From Polyangiaceae bacterium (GTDB taxonomy: Bacteria; Myxococcota_A; Polyangia; Polyangiales; Polyangiaceae): a stretch of DNA of 64,000 nucleotides. Shown in pieces: positions 52,574 through 62,486 of the stretch. The notes below the pieces were generated by a model, which did not search any database, had not been told where the DNA came from, and was given only the letters and a program-made list of their open reading frames with translations. Where the stretch lies: the NCBI GenBank assembly GCA_033763455.1, contig JANRKO010000020.1:41311-105310 (forward strand). The letters are read 5' to 3'. The position numbers were made by a program, and so were the translations under genes. Numbering within the stretch: the stretch's first letter is position 1; the number at the start of each line of letters is the position of its first letter.

Positions 52574-53848
52574 CTATGCATCGACTATGTTGGCCTTACT
52601 CTCGATGATGTCGAGTACCTTATTCTCAAGAATCATCCCAAGCAGCATTTCTCGCTTTCGAGGGTCCCGATACTCGACACGAAGCTTGGCTAGATTCTTC
52701 CCCGTCTGGGTTGCCAGCTCCGTGAGCCCTTCCTCAAATTCTGCGTCGCCAATCTTAATATTCTCTTTTTTGGCGATTTCAGCCATCAAGAGGCCTGCGC
52801 GAACCTTCATCTCGCTGTCCGCCAAAATTTGGGCACGAAGGTCGGGGCCTACACGACCGGCCTGTTGACCTTCGCTTCTAGCGCGGTTCAGAATCTCTTG
52901 CTCGGTGAGCTGCGATTGGCGCTCCACCAACGAGGGCGGCACCGGAACAGCGTTGGCCTGGGCCAAGGCCTGCACCAGTTGCTCAGCAACAGAGGTGTCA
53001 GATTGCTCTTTAAGTTGCGCTTCAAGCCTTTCCCTGAGGCTCTTTTTTAGATCCGAAAGTGTCGAGAACTCGCCGACATCTTTGGCGAATTCGTCGTCGG
53101 CTTCGGGCAGAACTCGTTCCTTGAGGTCCTTTACCGTCACCTTGAAGGTAGCCGTCTTGCCTCGCAGCTTCGGGTGGGGGTGCTGGGCCGGCAGAGCGAC
53201 GTCGATATCAGCCGTGCCCCCAACCGCTTTGCCCAACAGGCCCTCCTCGATGGCTGCGATGAGCTGGCCGGCACCTAGCTCCACCTGGAAATCCTGAGCG
53301 CCCGCGTCACTGACTTCTCGGCCGCCTACCGTGACCACGAAATCAATCGTCACAATATCGCCGAGCTTGGCCGGTCGAGCCTCTTTAACGGACTCTAGCG
53401 TCGAATGCTCCCGGCGCAGTCTGTCGAGCGCGGTATCGACGGCGCTGTCGTCAACCTTTGCGGCAGGACGCTTGGCCTCCAGGCCTTCGTACTTCACGTC
53501 CGCTATCTGAGGGATTACCTCGAACCGTGCCTTGTAGAGAAACGGCTTGTCTTTAAGAAGCTTCTGCGGCTCAAAAGCCGGCGTCGTGATGGGCTGAATA
53601 TTTTTCTCGGATACTGCGCGAGAAAACGTTTCGTCGACGAGACGCTGCGCTACATCAGCAGCCACCCTCGCACCAAAGACCTGGTTGATAATCGCCCGAG
53701 GCGCCTTACCAGGCCTAAAGCCTTTCACTTTTGCGGACTTAGAGAGCAAACCGTAAGCTTTTTCAAGCTCCGTGGCGACACGATCGGCAGCTATTTCTAT
53801 GTCGAATTCAACGAGAACGGGACTGAGTTGGTTGACCTGAACCTGCAT
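52574..53848 (-). CDS. tig: Trigger factor
   Basis: GFRPGKAP ribosome-binding loop; FKBP domain; upstream of clpP. Confidence 0.96.
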   Translation of the reverse strand: MQVQVNQLSPVLVEFDIEIAADRVATELEKAYGLLSKSAKVKGFRPGKAPRAIINQVFGARVAADVAQRLVDETFSRAVSEKNIQPITTPAFEPQKLLKDKPFLYKARFEVIPQIADVKYEGLEAKRPAAKVDDSAVDTALDRLRREHSTLESVKEARPAKLGDIVTIDFVVTVGGREVSDAGAQDFQVELGAGQLIAAIEEGLLGKAVGGTADIDVALPAQHPHPKLRGKTATFKVTVKDLKERVLPEADDEFAKDVGEFSTLSDLKKSLRERLEAQLKEQSDTSVAEQLVQALAQANAVPVPPSLVERQSQLTEQEILNRARSEGQQAGRVGPDLRAQILADSEMKVRAGLLMAEIAKKENIKIGDAEFEEGLTELATQTGKNLAKLRVEYRDPRKREMLLGMILENKVLDIIESKANIVDA

Positions 53849-53908
53849 TGGAGCGAGGGGCTCCAGTGCCACGCTCATTCAAGTTGGTCAAGTACAGTGG
53901 TGTGCCAC

Positions 53909-53950
53909 AAAAAAATTGACCCCCGCGAAGGAGGCAGCCTCCGGGGGGTC
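53909..53950 (-). terminator. Intrinsic terminator after the small acidic ORF
   Basis: GACCCCC...GGGGGTC stem followed by AATTTTTT on the minus strand. Confidence 0.7.
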
Positions 53951-54002
53951 GGCGGGGTCGGGTCCGGGAGTGGACCGAAATCATTACGCAGAGACTCGAC
54001 GC

Positions 54003-54194
54003 CTACTCATCGTCCGAGTAATCGTCTTTGCCGTCTTGCTCGGCTTCCCAAAGTGACGCCTCAAAGGGATCCATATCGAAATCGTGGTCGCGATCCATCG
54101 GGTCGAGGTCCTCGACTGACCACCCCGCTCGAGTGCTGGGCCGCAACTGTTCACGTTCGAAATCTGCAAAGTTACCGTAGCTCAGGGATGCCAT
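54003..54194 (-). CDS. Small acidic hypothetical protein (63 aa)
   Basis: Strong GAGGAG RBS, own terminator, D/E-rich. Confidence 0.7.
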   Translation of the reverse strand: MASLSYGNFADFEREQLRPSTRAGWSVEDLDPMDRDHDFDMDPFEASLWEAEQDGKDDYSDDE

Positions 54195-54356
54195 TTTCTT
54201 TTACTCCTCGGTGCATGAGTCGGAACGTTCCATCGGGCCGAAAGTTCGCGATTGACTACTTACACCTACATCTGCTCACACACTACGCCACCACGCTGAA
54301 CGAGCCAAGAAAACCGCCCGTTCCTCTCGCATTTCGATAAGACTCCTGGATTTCGA

Positions 54357-55124
54357 ATGGGCACCAAACGACAGATCATCGCAATCGCGAACCAGAAAGG
54401 CGGCGTTGGAAAGACAACGACGGCCGTCAATCTCGCGGCGAGCCTGGCCGCGGCCGAGCGACGCACGTTGCTGGTCGATCTAGATCCGCAGTCGAATGCA
54501 ACCAGCGGCGTGGGGATCCGGCCGGGCACGCTGGAGCGCAGCATCTACGATGCCTTGATCGGTGCGGCGACACTACGCGACGTGATCGTTCACACGCAAA
54601 TCCCCACCCTCGACATCGCGCCTGCCACCCAAGATCTTACCGCTGTCGAATACGAACTGTTCGAAGAAGATCGCGGTACTCACCTGAGAGCGCTGTTACG
54701 AAGTTCCCAAACAGACGCATACGACTTCATTATCCTGGATTCCCCGCCCTCCCTCGGGGTGCTCACCATGAACGTGTTAGTTGCAGCCGACAGGGTGATC
54801 GTGCCGCTTCAGCCGGAGTACTATGCGCTTGAGGGCATCACCTACTTGATGGCAACGATTGACCGCATTAAGCGCTCGCTGAACCCTGAGCTAATTGTGG
54901 AAGGCATTGTGCTCACCATGTGGGATCCGCGCAATCGATTAGCCCACCAAGTGGCCGAGGAGGTGCGGCGGCACTTCAAGGTTTTCGACGCCATCATTCC
55001 GCGCAACGTGCGTTTGAGTGAAGCGCCCTCACACGGCATGCCAGCGCTCCTCTACGACGTTCAGAGCCGAGGGGCACAAGGCTACCTGAGCCTCGCACGG
55101 GAGCTCATCGAGGCTCGCCCGTGA
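54357..55124 (+). CDS. parA: ParA/Soj partitioning ATPase
   Basis: NQKGGVGKTTT, DLDPQSNAT, DSPPSLG, IPRNVRLSEAPSHG. Confidence 0.96.
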   Translation: MGTKRQIIAIANQKGGVGKTTTAVNLAASLAAAERRTLLVDLDPQSNATSGVGIRPGTLERSIYDALIGAATLRDVIVHTQIPTLDIAPATQDLTAVEYELFEEDRGTHLRALLRSSQTDAYDFIILDSPPSLGVLTMNVLVAADRVIVPLQPEYYALEGITYLMATIDRIKRSLNPELIVEGIVLTMWDPRNRLAHQVAEEVRRHFKVFDAIIPRNVRLSEAPSHGMPALLYDVQSRGAQGYLSLARELIEARP

Positions 55125-56014
55125 ACCTCAGCAAGAAGCCCATGAGGGGCCTCGGTCGAGGCCTGGATGCGCTGTTGCCCGTGCGCGAGCCGCCGCCGCC
55201 CAGCGATACGGGCAAGAGTTACGGGGACAACAATGTTTTCTTGTGTGCGCTAGATAAGATCCGCCCCCAACCGGGTCAACCGCGGCAGTACTTCGATCAA
55301 GAACGGCTCCAAGAGTTAGCCTCATCCATCGCCGAGCACGGCTTGCTGGAGCCTCTGGTAGTGCGCCGTAACGCGGCTGATGCCTTCGAGCTCATCGCGG
55401 GCGAGCGGCGCTGGCGAGCCGCGCAAAAGGCTGGCTTACGCGAAGTGTTGGTGGTGGTGCACGATGTCTCCACCAAAGATGCATACGAACTTGCGCTGAT
55501 TGAGAACGTCCAACGCGAAGATCTCAATCCCATTGAGTTCGCCGAAGCACTCGATCGTTTATTGAAAGAACACCAATATACCCAAGATACGCTCGCTCAG
55601 CGTGTCGGCAAAGATCGCTCCACCATTGCCAATGCCTTGCGTTTACTGCGGCTCCCGAGCGACTTGCGCATGAAGGTGATGACGGGAGAGTTGAGCGAAG
55701 GCCACGGGCGCGCACTTCTTGGTGCCCCCGATGATCGCCAGCTGCAGCAGCTCGCAGAAAAAGTGCTACGCGGTCACCTTAGCGTACGGCAAACGGAGGC
55801 GCTGGTGCGCCAGACGAAACGCGGCGCCAAAGATCCTAAAGGCGGCGCCACCGGCAAAGAAGGAAAAAGCGTGTCCGTGCGGGACCTTGAGGTGCGGCTG
55901 CAGCGCAAGCTGGGCACCAAAGTGGAATTGAAAGATCGCGGCGAAAAAGGCGAAATTGTCGTGAAATACAGCTCGTGGGACGAGCTCGATCGGATCTTAG
56001 AGCTCTTGCTCTAA
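55121..56014 (+). CDS. parB: ParB/Spo0J partitioning protein
   Basis: GLGRGLDALL, QPR, IAGERRWRA, ENVQREDL, HTH. Confidence 0.96.
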   Translation: MNLSKKPMRGLGRGLDALLPVREPPPPSDTGKSYGDNNVFLCALDKIRPQPGQPRQYFDQERLQELASSIAEHGLLEPLVVRRNAADAFELIAGERRWRAAQKAGLREVLVVVHDVSTKDAYELALIENVQREDLNPIEFAEALDRLLKEHQYTQDTLAQRVGKDRSTIANALRLLRLPSDLRMKVMTGELSEGHGRALLGAPDDRQLQQLAEKVLRGHLSVRQTEALVRQTKRGAKDPKGGATGKEGKSVSVRDLEVRLQRKLGTKVELKDRGEKGEIVVKYSSWDELDRILELLL

Positions 56015-56035
56015 GACCCAACCGGCACACGCGGC

Positions 56036-57073
56036 TTACTTCTTCTTAGCGCCCTTCTTGGATGCCGGAGTTGCCGCGATGACTTCGAGCGTCTTCTTCG
56101 CGCGCTCTAAGAACTTCTCGTCGCCACTTGCGACGACCTTCTCCAGCTCAGACTTGGCTTGGTCGAGATCTTTGTTCTTGAAGTGGGCCATGCCCAAGTA
56201 ATAGTGCGCGGGCGTGTAATCAGCCTTGAGCGCAATCGCTCCCTCATAGTCCGCAAACTCCGCCTTAACATTGGCAGGGACTACCTTTTGGCGACAAAGG
56301 CCCCGACGCACGAAAAATTCGGGTTCTTTTCTAATATCAATCGCCTTATCGAGGGCGCCGACGCACTTATCATAAGCATCCAGCTTGGCGAGGGGCTTGG
56401 ACATGGCTGCTAAGATGTCCGCGTCCTTGGAGTTTAACAGCTTACCCCATTCCCCAAGCGCCTTGTCTTTCTGATCGAGTAACGTAAGGGCCTCTGCATA
56501 TTGGAATCGCAGCCTCTCATCGTCATCTTTCACCTTGAAAAGCGCCTCGAACGATTTGACTGCCTCATCCAACTTTCCCATCCCCTTCTGCGCTACCGGT
56601 AGGTTAGTAAGCAGCGTGAGGCTCTTCGGATCGGACTTGAGACCCACATCAGCGACCATTGCTGCCCTCTCGTAGTCCTCGCGCTCCAAGAGCAAGCCTG
56701 AGAGGTTTTCTGCGGCCTCGGTAAGCTTGGGATCGAGTTCGAGCGCCTTGCCGTAGTTAGTCGAGGCTAGATCCTTTTCTCCGAGCAGATCCTCTGCCAA
56801 CCCAAGGTAAAAATACGCCTTAGAGTTCGTGCTGTCATCCGCCACGGCCCTTTCGAGCAGCTTCTTCGCTTCGCTGTAGCTCTTGGCTTGGATGAGCTTG
56901 ATGGCCGTCTCCACGCGTTTGGCGGGCGGCACGTCATCGTCTGCGGACTGCTTCTTCGCGTTGATGGGTGGTAACTGCTTAGGTGCTTCGGCCGGCTTGG
57001 AGGGCCCACAGGCAGTAGCGAGACCGAGGAGCAGACTTGGATAGGCGAGCTTGAGAAGATGCGTGGTTTTCAT
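56036..57073 (-). CDS. TPR-repeat lipoprotein
   Basis: Lipobox ATAC; TPR helices (AYFYLG..A..Y..ALELDP). Confidence 0.85.
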   Translation of the reverse strand: MKTTHLLKLAYPSLLLGLATACGPSKPAEAPKQLPPINAKKQSADDDVPPAKRVETAIKLIQAKSYSEAKKLLERAVADDSTNSKAYFYLGLAEDLLGEKDLASTNYGKALELDPKLTEAAENLSGLLLEREDYERAAMVADVGLKSDPKSLTLLTNLPVAQKGMGKLDEAVKSFEALFKVKDDDERLRFQYAEALTLLDQKDKALGEWGKLLNSKDADILAAMSKPLAKLDAYDKCVGALDKAIDIRKEPEFFVRRGLCRQKVVPANVKAEFADYEGAIALKADYTPAHYYLGMAHFKNKDLDQAKSELEKVVASGDEKFLERAKKTLEVIAATPASKKGAKKK

Positions 57074-59772
57074 GGCGCTTTGGCCCCTTCAAGATTGGCG
57101 ATGGTCGAGATTAACTGGTCCTTTAACATTTGCAGGCGCGTCGGGTCAGTGACTTTCTCCCCTGCCCCATCCTGCACGTAAAACACGTCAGCAACTTGGT
57201 TACCCTCAGTGTTGATCTTGGCGAGAGAGATGGTCAGGCCCTGGCGCTGGAGGCAATTGGACAGCCAGAAGAGCAAGCCTGACTGATCTTGGGTGATAAT
57301 TTCAATAACTGTGTGATGGGAGGCTGCTCGATTGTCGAAATTGATTTCGGTAGCCACTTTGGGTGCGGGACGCTCCGAAGTGCGGAGCCGCCCTTCGGGC
57401 CCCATAACCAGCTCGGCCGGGGAGATCTCCCCGGATAACAGTCGATCAAAGTCCCGTTCAAGGCGTGGCAACGCCGCACGTGCAGACGACGTGCTAACGC
57501 CACTTCTCACCCAGAACAAATCCAGAGCCCGAGTCCGACCGTACCCATCTTGGTACGAGTAGATTTGGGCGCTCACTACCTTGAGACGGCTGGCTGCAAG
57601 GGTCGCCGTCATCATCGCGAGCAGGCCAGGACGGTCATCAGCAATGATGCCGAGCTCCAGGTACGGCTCATCTGCGCGAATCGCTTCCACCGAGAAGTGC
57701 CGTTGCTCAGCTTGGCGAGCAAAGCGAGATTGGCGCACAATTTCGTCGGGGTCATTGCCGTACAGGTACCGATCCGGCATCGAGCTTAGGTAGTGCTGAA
57801 GAAACGCTTGCTCCCCTTGCGCAGGGCAAAGCTCCAACACCTGACGTCGTATGCTCCCGGCCCGATCGGTGCCACGTAGGCCCTCCGGCCCCTGCTCTAT
57901 GTAGAGCTTGGTGGCAACGTAGAGGTCCTCCAGCATGCGCGATTTCCAGGCTGTCATCGCCTGTGGGCTAGTAGTGGAGACGTCAGCAACTGTGAGCAGG
58001 TAGAGATTGCGAAGCGCTTCTTGGCCTCTCACTTCACCGGCAAACATCTCCAACGTGTGAGGATCGTCAATATCGCGGCGCGTTGCGTCTTGGTACATGC
58101 GCAGGTGTTTGCGAATAAGAAGCTGCACTTCCTCGATTTCGGTCTGCGTAAATTGGAAACGTGCGAGGATTGTTTGCGCCAAAAGGGCGCCACGCTCAGC
58201 GTGATTCTTGCCGCCGATATCTTTGCCCACATCATGCAGAAGGGTCGCGAAAAACAGAACTTTTCGGTCAGGAAGCTCAGCGGCCAGCCTGGAAGCAAGC
58301 GGATGATCGGTCGCACATTCCCCGCGACACAAAGCACGCAACTTATCTACGGCCTCGACAGAATGAACGTCGACCGTGAACACATGGTAGATATCGTGGT
58401 GCACGCGCCCAACTACCGGGGCAAACTCTGGGATCATGGCAACCAAGAGCCCCACGTCGTGGAGCTCCTTCAAGACGGAACCGCCCCTGAGCTCCGTTCC
58501 ATGAACTATAGTGACCAACCGCCGGAAGATTCTGGCGGCTTCTTCATTATCGCGCAGGCGTTCGGCGAACTCGGGGCTGCTCAAGGCTCGCACTATTTGA
58601 TCGCGCGCAAAGGCGTAAACCTTGGCACCACGCTTGAGCGCTTCTTGGTACACGCGTAACGCAAGCGTTGGGTCTCGCTCCAGCTCTGCGGGGTCCTCAA
58701 TGGACACTTGATCATTGGTGAGCTTCAAGCCCTGGCCAAGCGAGATTTCCCTTGGCCTTGAACGGGGCGGTGGCTCAGCACGTGCCAATATGAGCTCACG
58801 AGAACGTTCAAGCGTGCGCGCGTGGACGTAGTAGTCGCTCATGAAGCGCTCCACAGCGGGGCCACCTTCGCCGTAGCCCAAATCCATCGCGAGCTGTTCC
58901 TGCCGATCGAAACTCAGACGATCTGACCGGCGACCGGCGTGCAAATGCAATAGATTCCGAATGCGCCACAATTGGCGCGCAGCATCGTCGATTGCCTGGA
59001 ATTGGCGCGGGACCAAAACTCCGTGCTTTACCAGATCCGAAAGTTCACGCACCCGCCAACGAGCGCGGGCAACCCAATGAATAATATCGAGATCTCGTAG
59101 GCCGCCAGCGCCATGTTTCACGTCTGGCTCCAACAAATACACCGAATCCCCGTAACGCTCGTGACGCTCCGCGGTGCGAGCCGTTAATCTGTCAAGAAAC
59201 GCTTGAATGGAGCTCGGCCCGAAAATTCCGTCAAAAGCCCGCGCTAACATCTTTTCGGTGAGCGAGGGGTCGCCAGCGATGTGCCTCCAATCCAAAAGGG
59301 TAGTGGCTGTAGCCAGATCTGTTTTGGCCAAATCGAGCATGTCAGGCCATGCCACAATCTGGTGACCGATGTTGAGCCCCGCGTCCCAGAGGGGATACAA
59401 AAGCGCTTCACCAATCGCTTGCGCTTTTTTGGGACGCTTGGCGCACAAGAGCCGCACGTCCAAATCGCTGTGCAGGGCAATCGTTTCTCTTCCGTAACTT
59501 CCGACGGCCGCAAGGGATATCTCCATCCAACCGTTCTGGCTGCGCATGAGGCCTTCGACCGCGGCAAACAGCGAACAGAGCACGCCGTCCAAAACCTTCG
59601 AATTCCGGCGAGCGGCCGAAAGGCCTGCGTCTTGGCCCCCCGCGCGAATCAGCGCTTCTATGTCCGTACGGTGACGTACAATGTAGCTCTTAAGCTCCGG
59701 AGCAAGGCTCGGCGCGACGCGATCAAGCAGCTGCGGCGGGCTCGTGGAGGGCACACTGGCTCGGGATGTCAT
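57070..59772 (-). CDS. glnD: [Protein-PII] uridylyltransferase GlnD
   Basis: AVGSYGR..SDLD, EPDVKHGAGGLRD, YHVFTVDVH, LLHDVGK, two ACT domains. Confidence 0.96.
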   Translation of the reverse strand: MTSRASVPSTSPPQLLDRVAPSLAPELKSYIVRHRTDIEALIRAGGQDAGLSAARRNSKVLDGVLCSLFAAVEGLMRSQNGWMEISLAAVGSYGRETIALHSDLDVRLLCAKRPKKAQAIGEALLYPLWDAGLNIGHQIVAWPDMLDLAKTDLATATTLLDWRHIAGDPSLTEKMLARAFDGIFGPSSIQAFLDRLTARTAERHERYGDSVYLLEPDVKHGAGGLRDLDIIHWVARARWRVRELSDLVKHGVLVPRQFQAIDDAARQLWRIRNLLHLHAGRRSDRLSFDRQEQLAMDLGYGEGGPAVERFMSDYYVHARTLERSRELILARAEPPPRSRPREISLGQGLKLTNDQVSIEDPAELERDPTLALRVYQEALKRGAKVYAFARDQIVRALSSPEFAERLRDNEEAARIFRRLVTIVHGTELRGGSVLKELHDVGLLVAMIPEFAPVVGRVHHDIYHVFTVDVHSVEAVDKLRALCRGECATDHPLASRLAAELPDRKVLFFATLLHDVGKDIGGKNHAERGALLAQTILARFQFTQTEIEEVQLLIRKHLRMYQDATRRDIDDPHTLEMFAGEVRGQEALRNLYLLTVADVSTTSPQAMTAWKSRMLEDLYVATKLYIEQGPEGLRGTDRAGSIRRQVLELCPAQGEQAFLQHYLSSMPDRYLYGNDPDEIVRQSRFARQAEQRHFSVEAIRADEPYLELGIIADDRPGLLAMMTATLAASRLKVVSAQIYSYQDGYGRTRALDLFWVRSGVSTSSARAALPRLERDFDRLLSGEISPAELVMGPEGRLRTSERPAPKVATEINFDNRAASHHTVIEIITQDQSGLLFWLSNCLQRQGLTISLAKINTEGNQVADVFYVQDGAGEKVTDPTRLQMLKDQLISTIANLEGAKAP

Positions 59773-59954
59773 GTGGGATAGAACCTGGCCTTCAAAACGC
59801 TGGTGGTTATAGCGCACGAGCAATGCGCGGATAGCCCGAGCCCAAAAACACTGAGGGTTCCCCCTTGTTTTTGCGAAAAAAACGTCCGGCTAGGGTCGTT
59901 CAAGGACAAAAAGGCGTTCGAGCCAGTGCAAGTGGCTGTGCTAGCCTGTTCAGC

Positions 59955-60569
59955 ATGTTCAAACGTTGGCGCATCTTAGCGATGGTAAGCTTCGGAGTTT
60001 TAGCGGCGAGCCCCGCCACTGCGGGCTTAGCTGAAGCCGTAACCTTAGATCAGTTGGTAGGCGAAAGCCGCGTGGTAATCGTCGGCAAAGTGCTGGATTC
60101 GCACAGCGTGCGGGAGGCTATCGGCGGCCGTTCTCGAATTGTGACCTACACTCGTGTGCACGTCGAGGAACAGCTTGCTGGAACCAACGGTGATAAGGAG
60201 GTGATGGTGCGCACTCTCGGTGGTCGCGTGGGGGACGTGGCTGAAATAGTCCACGGAGCGGCTCGGCTCGATCGGAGGCAGCCCGCCGTGATGTTTTTAC
60301 GGGAGCGGGACCCAAACATGTACGGCATTACGGCGGAAACACAGGGGGTTTACCCGTTACACCGAGGCACGCGCGGGGAATTGATGCTGATGCCCAGTCG
60401 CGATCTCGCCAAGCTCCTTGGAAAGCTTGATCGGTCCGCGGCCTTGCAGCTCCGCGGCCAATCGCTGCGTAACGCTACGAACATGATCCGCAGTGTTTAC
60501 AGCCGATTGCTCGCCGCTCCCAAACTCCCAATTCCTTCCCGCACGCTCCCTGCCCCTTCTAAGCCATGA
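59955..60569 (+). CDS. Secreted hypothetical protein coupled to the matrixin genes
   Basis: Signal peptide; IVTYTRV, VRTLGGRVG; ATGA overlap with the next gene. Confidence 0.7.
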   Translation: MFKRWRILAMVSFGVLAASPATAGLAEAVTLDQLVGESRVVIVGKVLDSHSVREAIGGRSRIVTYTRVHVEEQLAGTNGDKEVMVRTLGGRVGDVAEIVHGAARLDRRQPAVMFLRERDPNMYGITAETQGVYPLHRGTRGELMLMPSRDLAKLLGKLDRSAALQLRGQSLRNATNMIRSVYSRLLAAPKLPIPSRTLPAPSKP

Positions 60570-61486
60570 CGCCTTCCAAACACGTAGTATCCTCCGCGTT
60601 TGCTCTTGCTGTGGGGCTAGCAGTCCTCTCGTTTTCCCAGGAAGGCTGGGCTTTTTGCCGCACGCGCACCTGCGATCCGACGGACGAGATGTGCGAGCGC
60701 GACGCCACCGGTTGCATCACCACCGGAGCCTTCTTGCACTGGACAAACGCCTGCACTTCCTTTGATGTGCACGAAGCGGGGTCCCCCAAGCGCGGAGTCA
60801 CGTTCGACACGGCCAATTCCCTCATCGCAGATGCCTTGAGCAAATGGGTCTCGGTCGACTGCCCTGGAGGCAAGCAGCCCAGCCTCACGATCCGGAACAA
60901 AGGCCCCGTCGCCTGTGGCGTTCCCATCTACAATTCAGATGGCCCCAACGCCAACGTCTGGATGTTCGCGGACAAAGAGTGGGTGCACGTGAGCGACGCG
61001 CATACCCTCGCTCTCACCACGGTGCGCTATGACCCTGCGAACGGGGAGATCTACGATGCCGACGTGGAAATCAATTCGGCCCAAAGCATCATCACCACAG
61101 GGGATGTTAACATCGGGGCAGATCTTGAGTCGATCGTAACGCACGAATCCGGTCATTTCTTCGGCCTCTCCCACTCTGAAAACTCAGACGCCACCATGTG
61201 GGCGGGCTATTCACCCGGCAAGACCAACATGCGGGCGCTCGCTCAAGACGACGTGAACGCGATTTGCGAAGCCTATCCGCAAGGTCGCGAGGTAGCCTCA
61301 CCCACGTGTGAACCACGGCGCGGGTTCACTAAGCAGTGTTCTGAAGATCTGAGCTCGGGAGGTTGCTCCGTTGCTCCCCGTGGGCTTCCGGCTCAGTCGT
61401 CTAGCCTTCCGAGCAGCTTGGCCTGGCCGTCGGTGTCTTTGATGGGTGCGGCGTTAGCGTTCTGGGCTCGGCGGCGGCGCGCATAG
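60566..61486 (+). CDS. Matrixin (M10-like) metalloprotease with MYXO-CTERM-like tail
   Basis: HESGHFFGLSH, Met-turn ATM; tail GGCS-hydrophobic-RRRR. Confidence 0.88.
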   Translation: MTPSKHVVSSAFALAVGLAVLSFSQEGWAFCRTRTCDPTDEMCERDATGCITTGAFLHWTNACTSFDVHEAGSPKRGVTFDTANSLIADALSKWVSVDCPGGKQPSLTIRNKGPVACGVPIYNSDGPNANVWMFADKEWVHVSDAHTLALTTVRYDPANGEIYDADVEINSAQSIITTGDVNIGADLESIVTHESGHFFGLSHSENSDATMWAGYSPGKTNMRALAQDDVNAICEAYPQGREVASPTCEPRRGFTKQCSEDLSSGGCSVAPRGLPAQSSSLPSSLAWPSVSLMGAALAFWARRRRA

Positions 61487-61498
61487 GCTCTCACCGCT

Positions 61499-62482
61499 AT
61501 GGATCTCCGCAAGCGTTGCGCCTTCACATTAAAAGCGCTCCGGAAGAAGAACACTGGGTGGGCCCTTGGTTGCGCTGTTTGGTGCTTGCTGAATTCCGGG
61601 CACGCACAGGCATTTTGCCGCACGCGCGCCTGTGATCCGCGAAAAGAGGTGTGCACTCGCGATGCGACCGGCTGCATCACCACCGGGCCCTTCTTGCACT
61701 GGCCAAACGCTTGCACCTCCTTCAGTGTGAATCAAGCCGGCTCCCCTAAGCTGGGAATTTCTTTCTTTACTGCAGATAACATCATCAGCGAAGCCGTAAG
61801 CAAATGGCTCGCGGTTGATTGCGGCTCGGGCATACACCCCAGCCTAGAGCTGAAACACTACGGGCCCGTTAGCTGCGGCGTGCACGTGTACGATCAAGAG
61901 GGTCCTAATGCGAACGTCTGGATGTTTGCGGACGATGAGTGGAGGTCCTTTGGGGACTCACACACGCTGGCGCTTACTTTCGTCTCTTACGGAGCTGAAA
62001 CGGGGCAGATATTCGACGCCGACGTGGAGATCAATTCCGCGAACAATGTGATCACGGCCACGGACGTTGGGGTGCGCCTGGACCTCGAGTCGATCGTAAC
62101 CCATGAGGCCGGTCATTTTTTGGGGCTAGAGCACTCTACTGATCCTGAAGCCACAATGTGGGCAGGGTACTCCCCGGGTAATACAAGAATGCGCGATCTT
62201 TCTCCAGACGATATCGCGGCCATCTGCGAAGCGTACCCGGCTGGTCGAAAGGTCGTCGATTCAAGCTGCGAGCCACGCGGAGGCTTCACCAAGCAGTGCT
62301 ACGAAGAAGTAGTGGCGCCGAACGCGGGCTGCTCAGCAACTGCCCATGCTTTCCGCCCCTCGCTACCTCAAGACAGAAACCGGGGCCTTATTGCCGGCGC
62401 GTTGCTAGGCGTAGTGTTGGCCACACGGTACCGAAGGCACCGGCCGCCGCCTAAACTGAACTTGGAGCTCGGCGACGCGTGA
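61499..62482 (+). CDS. Matrixin metalloprotease paralog
   Basis: HEAGHFLGLEH, ATM; AFCRTR.CDP shared with the upstream paralog. Confidence 0.88.
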   Translation: MDLRKRCAFTLKALRKKNTGWALGCAVWCLLNSGHAQAFCRTRACDPRKEVCTRDATGCITTGPFLHWPNACTSFSVNQAGSPKLGISFFTADNIISEAVSKWLAVDCGSGIHPSLELKHYGPVSCGVHVYDQEGPNANVWMFADDEWRSFGDSHTLALTFVSYGAETGQIFDADVEINSANNVITATDVGVRLDLESIVTHEAGHFLGLEHSTDPEATMWAGYSPGNTRMRDLSPDDIAAICEAYPAGRKVVDSSCEPRGGFTKQCYEEVVAPNAGCSATAHAFRPSLPQDRNRGLIAGALLGVVLATRYRRHRPPPKLNLELGDA

Positions 62483-62486
62483 ACCA

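Noticed and set aside
54140..54356. parS site near parAB
   Set aside because: GGAACGTTCC is palindromic but does not match the TGTTNCACGTGAAACA-type consensus.
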